DNA of 63,584 nt, counting the filler, from Coriobacteriales bacterium (GTDB lineage Bacteria > Actinomycetota > Coriobacteriia > Coriobacteriales > UBA8131): NCBI GenBank assembly GCA_031263105.1. It is 7 parts of 7 records of this genome, joined end to end, with 100 filler letters (N's around TTAATTAATTAA, not from the genome) between each part and the next. Parts side by side here need not be neighbours in the genome. Positions count along the whole stretch, not along the records: positions 43,108 to 50,288 come from JAISGJ010000247.1; positions 50,389 to 57,625 come from JAISGJ010000088.1; 5 more parts are not named here. The stretch is one strand, 5' to 3'. The notes beneath the pieces are model-generated. The model ran no database searches, had not been told where the DNA came from, and worked only from the letters and a program-made list of their open reading frames with translations. Made by a program: the position numbers and the translations under genes. This document shows, piece by piece, positions 47,971-55,632 of the stretch. Position 1 is the first letter of the stretch, and every line of letters begins with the position of its first letter.

Positions 47971-50140
47971 GTGGGTCTCTGCGCTCAGGGCGCTCGGGGT
48001 CGTCCTTGTCGTGGTCTACCACTTCTTCCCCTCGGTGCTGCCCGGGGGCTTCATCGGGGTCGATATCTTCTTCGTCTTCTCGGGATACCTCATCTGCTCG
48101 CTGCTCCTGCAGGAGTTCGAGCGCACCGACGGGCTCTCCCTGCTCCGCTTCTACCACAGGCGCATCCGCAGGCTTCTGCCTGCGGCGCTGTTCATGGTCA
48201 TGGCGACCTTGCCGCTCCTTTTGCTCGTCTCCCCCGACTTCCGGGTGTCGATAGGCAGGCAGGCGGCAGCCGTGCTGGGATGGTGCACCAACTACTACGA
48301 GATAGCGACGGGGCAGTCATACGAGAACGCCCTGCTCCCGCATGTCTTCGTCCATACGTGGACGTTGGCGGTCGAGATGCACTTCTACCTGCTCTGGGGC
48401 GCCGTGGCGCTCCTCGGAACCGCCGCCGTGCGGGTGCTGGTCGGAAAGGCCGTTCCTGCCAGAGGCCCCAAGGATGGGGAGCGGCCTTCTGGCACCGAGG
48501 GGCCCGTGCAGGCAGCGGGGACGGAACGGAGGGAGAAGAGGCTGCGCCTCAGGAGGCAGAAGGCCCGCCTCCGGGCCTATAGGGGCTTCCTCGGCATCGT
48601 CGTGCTGGTGCTCATCGTGGCCTCGTACCTGGACATGCGTGCCGTCGCCCTCGCGTCGGACGACCCGTCGGTCGCCTACTTCGCCACGACCTCGCACATC
48701 TTCCCTCTGCTCATCGGTGCCGCCGCCGCCTTGGTGGCAGGCTTCTCCGAGACCTCCCTGATTCGCCTGCTGCAACGGCTTCCCTTCCGGGCGGCCGTCC
48801 TGCTTTCCGCAGCCTCCTTGGCAGCGGTCGTCGTCTGTGCCCTCACGCTCAGCTACGCCAGCAAGGCGACGTATGTCTTCGGCATCCTGCTCGTCGCGCT
48901 CTTCGTCGCGTTCTTCCTCATGCTTGTGCGAAGCATGCAGCCGAGGCTCCGTGACGAGCCGGCCCCGATACGCTATGTGGCCGACCGCTCCTACAGCATC
49001 TATCTCTTTCATTGGCCCCTCTATATCGTCATCGAGCAGCTTCTCACCATGAACGCCGTCGTTGCTCCCGGCACCTTCGTCGGGGGAGCGGTGGTGGGGA
49101 CGGCTGCGCTCGTCGCGACGCTGGCATTCTCCGAGGTCTCGTATCGCCTTGTCGAGAAGCCGCTGCGGCTGCGTTCCGCACGGGGCGCCCCTGCCTCCCA
49201 AAGGCCGGATGCGGAGGTGGTGCCTCCGGCGGCTTCTCCGGCGTTCCCGGCGGCAGCTCCGGCAGCGGTGTCCCCTCTGTCGCCGCCGGCATGGGTGCCG
49301 GCGCGGCCACAGGCACGGCCGCGCCCTGTGGCGGCCCGGGCGGCCGTTGCCCTTGTCGTCGTCGCGGTGCTGGGCGCCTTCTCAGGACAGGCGCTCGCCA
49401 CCGCGCCACAGACGTCCTTTATCCAGCAGGCATACGAGCACGAGGTCCTGTTCCTGAACGCCGGTCGGCTCGACGAGACCGGTGCGCGGCTCGCCTCCCT
49501 TGACTTCCAGCCCTTGGCCAACGCGGGAGCGGTCGGTGCCGTCTACCCTGCCGAGGACGCCGGACCCGACGCGTCCGACCCGCAAGGGCAGCAACAGGAG
49601 CCGCAGCTTGAGCGGGATCCGGCACACGGATCCGTCGAGGCCACGTATGGCTCGGTCACCGTCATCGGGGACTCGGTGGTCATGGGCGGCATCTCGGCTC
49701 TACAGGAGGCGTTGGGCGGCGGCTACATAGACACGGAGGGCAACCGTCGCGCCGAACAGGCCCTGCCCCTGCTCGAACAGCTTGAGGAGGACGGCCTGCT
49801 CGGCGAGTACGTGGTCATCGGGCTTTCCACCAATGTGTTCGACCCCGAGTCCTTGGACGGCGCGCGCCGCATCGCTGCCGACATCGGCCCGGGGCACCGC
49901 CTCGTCTTCATCACAGGCTATGGCCACAAGGGGGTCTTTGCGCTGAACGACGCGCTCTGGGACCTTGCCAGCGAGTACCCCTATGTCACCGTTGCGGATT
50001 GGTACAGCGTCGCCTCGAACGACCCCGAGCTGCTCTCCGGCGACCACATCCATATCGGAGGCAACGAGGCGGCCTGTGCCCTCTATGCCAACTGCGTGGT
50101 CGATGCGATAAAAGAAGCAAGCACAAAGCCCACCTCATAG
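47960..50140 (+). CDS. acyltransferase-3 plus SGNH domain protein (OatA-like O-acetyltransferase)
   Basis: GGFIGVDIFFVFSGYLI, RRIRRLLP, HTWTLAVEMHFY, SYSIYLFHWP, IGDSV and DHIH SGNH motifs. Confidence 0.9.
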   Translation: MNLRWVSALRALGVVLVVVYHFFPSVLPGGFIGVDIFFVFSGYLICSLLLQEFERTDGLSLLRFYHRRIRRLLPAALFMVMATLPLLLLVSPDFRVSIGRQAAAVLGWCTNYYEIATGQSYENALLPHVFVHTWTLAVEMHFYLLWGAVALLGTAAVRVLVGKAVPARGPKDGERPSGTEGPVQAAGTERREKRLRLRRQKARLRAYRGFLGIVVLVLIVASYLDMRAVALASDDPSVAYFATTSHIFPLLIGAAAALVAGFSETSLIRLLQRLPFRAAVLLSAASLAAVVVCALTLSYASKATYVFGILLVALFVAFFLMLVRSMQPRLRDEPAPIRYVADRSYSIYLFHWPLYIVIEQLLTMNAVVAPGTFVGGAVVGTAALVATLAFSEVSYRLVEKPLRLRSARGAPASQRPDAEVVPPAASPAFPAAAPAAVSPLSPPAWVPARPQARPRPVAARAAVALVVVAVLGAFSGQALATAPQTSFIQQAYEHEVLFLNAGRLDETGARLASLDFQPLANAGAVGAVYPAEDAGPDASDPQGQQQEPQLERDPAHGSVEATYGSVTVIGDSVVMGGISALQEALGGGYIDTEGNRRAEQALPLLEQLEEDGLLGEYVVIGLSTNVFDPESLDGARRIAADIGPGHRLVFITGYGHKGVFALNDALWDLASEYPYVTVADWYSVASNDPELLSGDHIHIGGNEAACALYANCVVDAIKEASTKPTS

Positions 50141-50160
50141 GAGGAACTGTCCTTCCGAGC

Positions 50161-50288
50161 ACACCACACCACACCACACCACACCACAGAACACCACACC
50201 ACACCACAGAACACCACACCACACCACAGAACACCACACCACACCACAGAACACCACACCACACCACAGAACACCACACCACACCACA
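50161..50288. repeat. ACACC-based tandem repeat (20-bp unit) at contig end
   Basis: ACACCACACCACACCACAGA repeated about 5-6 times. Confidence 0.9.
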
Positions 50289-50388
50289 NNNNNNNNNNNN
50301 NNNNNNNNNNNNNNNNNNNNNNNNNNNNNNNNTTAATTAATTAANNNNNNNNNNNNNNNNNNNNNNNNNNNNNNNNNNNNNNNNNNNN
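50289..50388. other. artificial contig linker
   Basis: N run with TTAATTAATTAA. Confidence 0.98.
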
Positions 50389-50514
50389 GAATCTTTGGCT
50401 GCGAAGCAGCCAACTGGCCCGGTTGGGCGCTGATGCGCCCAAAGATTCCTCGGCGGAGTTTATCCTGAGCGCAGCCGAAGGACTCGGAATGACAGTAGGG
50501 TGTGAACAGTAACG
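50389..50514. repeat. REP/MITE-like element (partial) with nested insertion
   Basis: AAGATTCCTCGGCGGA[GTTTATCCTGAGCGCAGCCGAAGGA]CTCGGAATGACAGTAGGGTGTGAACAGTAACG. Confidence 0.8.
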
Positions 50515-50582
50515 AGGCATTCGGCGCAGGGAAGGGGCTGCGCACTACGGTGAGGGCGCCTTTCCCGTGGTATCATGAGCGC

Positions 50583-51740
50583 ATGAACTACACGCTCATG
50601 CATAAGCGGCTGCCGGTGCTGGAGCTGGAGATCGATGAGGAGACCTCGGCCGTCATGGGGATCGGCGAGGTGCTGCGGCCCGAGCGCGTCCCGGTGGGCA
50701 TCGAGACGGTCGGAGGCAGGCCCGTGCGCTCGGCACTCAACGCCTGGTGGATGGGCCGGGCGATACCGGCGAGCCGCTCGGGGCTGCGCGATGCCCTCCA
50801 GCTGATGAACGTGTCCTCGACGGGCCTGCTGCTGCTCAAATGCCTGGGACTGAGCCTGTCCGACCAGTACTGGGTCAACTCGCATGACAAGCCCTTGGCT
50901 TGGGACGACGTCAACTTCTTTGACAACGGGTTCTCCGAGGACGTGGGAAACGCCTTGTTCGGGCGCGCGGCAAGCAGCGGCGGCGAGCTCAACCTCGTCT
51001 CCCCTGACAACACCTCGGACGGCTGGCTCAAGAAGAAATGGGTGGTGGACGGCGGACGGCGCCTGCTGGTCAAGGGCGGCAGCAGCCCAGCCCATCAGGA
51101 GCCGCTCAACGAGGTCCTGGCCTCGTCCATCCTCGGACGCCTGGGTGTGCCTCACGCACGCTACGAGCTCGCCTGGGACGGGGACCGCCCGCTCAGCGTC
51201 TGCGAGGACTTCGTCGACACCTCGACCGAGCTCGTGAGCGCCTGGCACGTCTACCGCACGAAGAAGAAGCCGACCAACCACTCCTCGTACCAGCATTACC
51301 TCTCCTGCTGCGAGCGCCTCGGCATCCCCGGGGTGCAGGAGGGCCTCGACCATATGCTCGCACTCGACTACCTCGTCGTGAACAGCGACCGGCACTTCAA
51401 CAACTTCGGCGCGGTGCGCGATGCCGAGAGCCTTGACTGGCTCGGCCCCGCCCCCGTCTTCGACAGCGGCACCTCGATGTGGCACAGCTCGGTGGCCCAC
51501 CGGATAAACCCGAATGGGGACGCGCCGAGCAAGCCCTTCAACACGAAACACTCGGCGCAGGTCAGGCATATCAGCAGCTTCGACTGGCTCGACTTCTCGG
51601 CGCTTCGGGGCATCGAGGAGGAGTACGCAGCGCTGCTCGACCAAAGCGACTTCATCGACGACGCCCGCCGCGACGTCCTCTGTGCCGCGCTCGTCCGCCG
51701 GGTGGAGATGCTCGAGGCCATAGCCGCACGACGCCGCTGA
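50583..51740 (+). CDS. HipA-like kinase domain protein
   Basis: GLSLSDQYW, SPDNTSDGWLKKKW, LLVKG, EPLNEV, NSDRHFNNFG, APVFDSGTS. Confidence 0.85.
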   Translation: MNYTLMHKRLPVLELEIDEETSAVMGIGEVLRPERVPVGIETVGGRPVRSALNAWWMGRAIPASRSGLRDALQLMNVSSTGLLLLKCLGLSLSDQYWVNSHDKPLAWDDVNFFDNGFSEDVGNALFGRAASSGGELNLVSPDNTSDGWLKKKWVVDGGRRLLVKGGSSPAHQEPLNEVLASSILGRLGVPHARYELAWDGDRPLSVCEDFVDTSTELVSAWHVYRTKKKPTNHSSYQHYLSCCERLGIPGVQEGLDHMLALDYLVVNSDRHFNNFGAVRDAESLDWLGPAPVFDSGTSMWHSSVAHRINPNGDAPSKPFNTKHSAQVRHISSFDWLDFSALRGIEEEYAALLDQSDFIDDARRDVLCAALVRRVEMLEAIAARRR

Positions 51741-51780
51741 GCCGACGGAGAGCAGTGAGGGAACCGGCTCCTGTCTGCGC

Positions 51781-51912
51781 CCCTGCCTACGGCCCTGCCC
51801 ACGGCCCTGCCTACGGCCCTCCTTGCGCCCCTGCCCACGGCCCTGCCCACGGCCCTGCCTGCGGCCCTCCTTGCGGCCCTGCCCACGGCCCTGCCCACGG
51901 CCTTGCCTGCGG
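51781..51912. repeat. degenerate 12-bp tandem repeat, about 11 copies
   Basis: CCCTGCC(C/T)ACGG units between convergent genes. Confidence 0.88.
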
Positions 51913-51918
51913 CCCGCT

Positions 51919-53370
51919 TCAGCCGATGCCGAGGAGCTGCATGGCGAGGAGGACGGCCGAGAGGAGGAGGACCACGAGGACCGTCAGGCCGGAGAGCAGG
52001 TTCGCAAGGCGGCCGTTGCGGTGGGCGCCCATGATGCGGCGGTCGTTGGCGATGCGCACGAGGAAGACGAGCAGCACCGGCAGCAGGATGCCGTTGACGA
52101 ACTGCGCAGCGAGCATGACGCCCATGAGGTCGATGCCGGGGACGAGCACCACGATGCAGGAGACGACGATGATGAGGGTGAACAGGGTCTTGAAGGCAGG
52201 GGCCTCGGCCCAGCTGCGGGCGGCGCCGCGCTCCCAGCCGAAGGCCTCGCAGACGGCGTAGGCGGTCGTCAGCGGCAGCACGCAGGCCGCGAGGAAGGAC
52301 GCGCCGACGAAGCCCGCGCCGAACAGCTGCCGCGCGTAGGGGCCCACGATGGGCGCGAGCGCGTTCGCGGCGCTCTCCGCGTCCGTCACCACGATGCCCT
52401 GCGAGTAGAGCACCGTCCCCGTCGTGACGATGATGAACCACACCACGAGGCAGGCGATGAACGCACCGGAGAACACGTCGATGCGCTGGGCGGCGAGGTC
52501 CTTGATCCCCACGCCCTTCTCCACCACGTTGCTCTGCCCGAAGAATATCATCCACGGGGCGATGGTCGTGCCGATGAGCATGATGACGAGCGCAAAGAAG
52601 CCCCGGTCGAAGACGAGACGGGGCACCACGGTGCTGCGGACGACCTCGCCCCAGTCGGGCTTCGCGATGAACGCGGCGACCACATAGGTGAGGAAGACGA
52701 GGCTCAGCACCATGAGCACCTTCTCGGTGCGCCGGTACGAGCCGCCCATGACGAGCACCCAGACCGCAAGCCCCGCGACGGGCACGCTGAGGTACGTGCT
52801 CACGCCGAAGAGCTCCATGCCGGCCGCGATGCCCGCGAACTCGCTGAGCGTGGTGCCGGTGTTCGCGACGAGCAGGGCGACCATGGCCAAGGCCGCAAGC
52901 CGGATGCCGAAGCGCTCGCGGATGAGCGCGGCGAAGCCCTTGCCCGTCTGCGCCCCCATGCGCGCGGCGCTCTCCTGCACCACCATGAGGAAGAGCATGG
53001 CGATAGGAACGGTCCACAGCGCCGCGTAGCCGAAGGAGGCCCCTGCGACCGAGAAGGTGGAGATGCCCCCTGCGTCGTTGCCCGCGAGCTCCGCGATGAT
53101 GCCCGGCCCCATGGCCGCAAGCACGAGCCAGAGCTTGGATTTGCGCCGAGGCGCAGGGGGCGGAGCAGGTGACAGGGGCGGGGGGACACAGGGGGAGGGG
53201 ACACAGGGGGACGGTTCTTTTGTGCTGCTGTAACGACTTCGAGTCCCCTCCGGCAGCACAAAAGAACCGTCCCCCTGTGTCCTACCCTGTGTCCTACGCT
53301 CCGGCAGCACAAAAGAACCGTCCCCCTGTGTCCGTGTCCCCTCCCCCTGTGTCCCAAACTCGTGTGCCAT
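51919..53370 (-). CDS. NRAMP-related divalent metal transporter (Mg2+-type subfamily likely)
   Basis: GPGII..AGNDAGGISTFS.AGA.FGY (variant of DPGN), IGTTIAPWM; N-terminus is repeat-derived. Confidence 0.9.
   Translation of the reverse strand: MAHEFGTQGEGTRTQGDGSFVLPERRTQGRTQGDGSFVLPEGTRSRYSSTKEPSPCVPSPCVPPPLSPAPPPAPRRKSKLWLVLAAMGPGIIAELAGNDAGGISTFSVAGASFGYAALWTVPIAMLFLMVVQESAARMGAQTGKGFAALIRERFGIRLAALAMVALLVANTGTTLSEFAGIAAGMELFGVSTYLSVPVAGLAVWVLVMGGSYRRTEKVLMVLSLVFLTYVVAAFIAKPDWGEVVRSTVVPRLVFDRGFFALVIMLIGTTIAPWMIFFGQSNVVEKGVGIKDLAAQRIDVFSGAFIACLVVWFIIVTTGTVLYSQGIVVTDAESAANALAPIVGPYARQLFGAGFVGASFLAACVLPLTTAYAVCEAFGWERGAARSWAEAPAFKTLFTLIIVVSCIVVLVPGIDLMGVMLAAQFVNGILLPVLLVFLVRIANDRRIMGAHRNGRLANLLSGLTVLVVLLLSAVLLAMQLLGIG
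53172..53356. repeat. palindromic REP-like cluster inside the NRAMP N-terminal coding region
   Basis: GGACACAGGGGGACGGTTCTTTTGTGCTGC and two inverted copies GCAGCACAAAAGAACCGTCCCCCTGTGTCC, with short CCCTGTGTCC tandem flanks. Confidence 0.88.
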
Positions 53371-53382
53371 CGGAACCAGCCC

Positions 53383-55278
53383 CTAGGCGACCGGCCCGAC
53401 GGTGCCGCCGTACACGAGCGCGACCTGCAGGCCCATCTGTACGACGAGTCCAAAGAGCATCATGAACAACGAGAGGGACGTGACGGAAAGCGGCCTGTCG
53501 TGGTCGAGCCTGCGCCGCGCTACGACGGTGACGAGCACGCTGAGCGCGATGACAGCAAAGCAGGCGACGACCGCAGGGAAGAAGCCTTCGAGAAGCATGG
53601 CCTGCAAGGGGTACAGCGTGGAGGACTCCGATGCCATCGGCGAGTCCGCAGGAGGTACGTCGCTGCCCATGGAGGCAAAGAGCAGCAGCCCCAGCAGTGC
53701 AGCGGCACCGGCCGTGAGGATGCTCGCGGCCACGTTGCGACCAAAGAGCCGCCCGATGGCGGGCGCGTCGTCCGCCGAACCGTACTCTATGAGGTCGTTT
53801 ACCGCAAAGGCGACGACATCTGTGGCGATGAGCAGCACAAACGGCATAAAGACGAGCGAGGGCGCGAGCAGTTCGAGGTTGCCGCTCATCGTGACAAGGA
53901 AGGCAAGCACCGCCCAGACCACGAACCACAGCTCCTTGCGCAGCAGCCATACGAGCAGGTCGCCGAGCCCCTGCCGCTCGCTGTCGCGGCCCGTGCGGCC
54001 CGCACGGGCCAAGGAGCCCGCGCCCACGATCTGCAGGTCCTCGCTGTGCTCCTCCTCCAACACGTCGAGGGCATCGTCGACGGTGACGATGCCGAGCAGC
54101 ACGCCGTTCTCGTCGACGACGGGCATGGCGAGCAGGTCGTATTTGGAGATGGCGTCGGCCACGTCCTCCTGGTCGTCGTCGGGCGCGACCGTGATGAGGT
54201 CGTGCGTCGCCAGCTCGCGCGCCTTCGTGTCGCCTGCGGCCAGCACCAGCGAGCGCAGCGAGAGCGCGCCCGTGAGCCTGGCCTGGCCGTCGAGGGTGTA
54301 GACGTAATGCACGCTCTCGAAATCCTCGTCGAGGCTGCGAAGGCGCTCGATGGTCTCCCCCACTGTGGCATCCTCGCCCACCGCGACGAACTCCGGCGTC
54401 ATGATGCCCCCGGCGGTCTTCTCCTTGTAGCCCAGAAGCGAGCGGATGCGCCGCTGGTCCTGCACGCCCATGAGCCACAGCAGCTTCTCCGCCTTCTCGT
54501 AGGGCAAATCGCCGAGGATGTCGGCCGCGTCGTCGGGGTCCATCTGCGCGAGCAGCTCGCTGGCCTCGTGCTCGGTGAGGTCGTCGATCATGTCGGCCTG
54601 GTACTCGTCCTGAAGCTCGGAGAAGGTCTCGGCCGCCTGCTGCTTGTCGAGGTGGTCGAAGACGAGGCCGCGCTGCTTGGGGTCGAGCTGTTCGAGGATG
54701 TCCGCCACGTCCGCAGGGTGCAGCTCGGAGAGGCGCTTGTGGGTCATGGAGAGCTTGACGTTGGAGAGGTCGCGATCGACGAGCTCCATGTAGTTCCAGG
54801 CGATGATGTTCTCTTCGAGCCCGTGCCCGAAGACCTTGGTGAAGGAGAGCGCCACGCGCTCCAGCGCCGGGCTCAGGCCTCGCAGGATGCCGCGGATGCC
54901 CACCTCCGCGCCGAGCAGGCGCAGCTGGCGGCCGGAGGTCGAGAGCTTGAGGTCGTTGACGCGCACCACTTTGAGGCCCTGCGTGTCCACGATCTGCTTG
55001 TTGAGCAGATCGCGCGCAAGCAGGATCTCGTCGGGTTGCAGGTAGCTGAAGCGGACGTCCATGCCCGGCTTGTTGAGCAGGATGCGGCCGTCCTCGTAGC
55101 TCTCCACATACTTGCGCCACGACACCATGAAGGGCGTCTTCGACGGCCCGAGGAACGCGAGCGAGGTGATGCGCGGAAAGACCTCGCCGGTCTGGATGGC
55201 AAGGTCGCTGATGCGCCCGACCTCCTCGCCCTGGGAGTCGAGGACCGGCTTGCCGAGCATCTGGGAAAGGTACAGCAT
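53383..55278 (-). CDS. MgtE-like protein (PRC-barrel, MgtE-N and CBS domains; divergent TM region)
   Basis: DLLNKQIVDTQGLKVVRVND, LHPADVADILEQL, MDPDDAADIL, TAGGIMTPE, GIVTVDD. Confidence 0.88.
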   Translation of the reverse strand: MLYLSQMLGKPVLDSQGEEVGRISDLAIQTGEVFPRITSLAFLGPSKTPFMVSWRKYVESYEDGRILLNKPGMDVRFSYLQPDEILLARDLLNKQIVDTQGLKVVRVNDLKLSTSGRQLRLLGAEVGIRGILRGLSPALERVALSFTKVFGHGLEENIIAWNYMELVDRDLSNVKLSMTHKRLSELHPADVADILEQLDPKQRGLVFDHLDKQQAAETFSELQDEYQADMIDDLTEHEASELLAQMDPDDAADILGDLPYEKAEKLLWLMGVQDQRRIRSLLGYKEKTAGGIMTPEFVAVGEDATVGETIERLRSLDEDFESVHYVYTLDGQARLTGALSLRSLVLAAGDTKARELATHDLITVAPDDDQEDVADAISKYDLLAMPVVDENGVLLGIVTVDDALDVLEEEHSEDLQIVGAGSLARAGRTGRDSERQGLGDLLVWLLRKELWFVVWAVLAFLVTMSGNLELLAPSLVFMPFVLLIATDVVAFAVNDLIEYGSADDAPAIGRLFGRNVAASILTAGAAALLGLLLFASMGSDVPPADSPMASESSTLYPLQAMLLEGFFPAVVACFAVIALSVLVTVVARRRLDHDRPLSVTSLSLFMMLFGLVVQMGLQVALVYGGTVGPVA

Positions 55279-55379
55279 GGGTCTCCTCCTTTCTCATCAC
55301 GCGCAGACGGAAACCCTGCCACAGCGGGGCGCTCCGACCGATATTCGCAGATGGTTCTGGCAGCCCTCACGGCCACCGG

Positions 55380-55389
55380 GGAGGAGACC
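55380..55389 (-). promoter_or_regulatory. anti-Shine-Dalgarno element complementary to the RBS of the MgtE-like gene
   Basis: mRNA GGUCUCCUCC is the exact complement of GGAGGAGACC at 55289-55280. Confidence 0.65.
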
Positions 55390-55396
55390 GAACGGG

Positions 55397-55441
55397 CTAA
55401 GGTTTGTGAATGTGATCGCTACTATGAGGGTGATCGTTCAC
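55397..55441 (-). CDS. putative His-rich leader peptide MNDHPHSSDHIHKP
   Basis: GTG start 6 nt after AGGAGAAAGG, TAG stop 7 nt before the anti-SD; lies in the 5' leader. Confidence 0.55.
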   Translation of the reverse strand: MNDHPHSSDHIHKP

Positions 55442-55590
55442 AAGGGCCCTTTCTCCTGGACAACAGTTCCACAGGGTCGGCGACGGAGGCATCCGGGCGG
55501 ACGACCCTGCTGGTCGAGCAGCGGGCGGGCGCCCACAACGGCGGGGCTGTCGCCCACGACGGCGGGCAAGCGCCTGCAAGACCACAAGCC

Positions 55591-55619
55591 ATTGTACGTG
55601 AGCGCTGCGAGAATGGCAA
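55591..55619 (-). promoter_or_regulatory. sigma70-type promoter of the MgtE-like/NRAMP operon
   Basis: TTGCCA-17-TACAAT on the minus strand, about 310 nt upstream of the start codon. Confidence 0.7.
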
Positions 55620-55632
55620 ACTGCTTCTTCTG

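Noticed and set aside
55279..55590. M-box or yybP-ykoY riboswitch
   Set aside because: I could not find their conserved sequence cores by eye; an Rfam scan is still needed.
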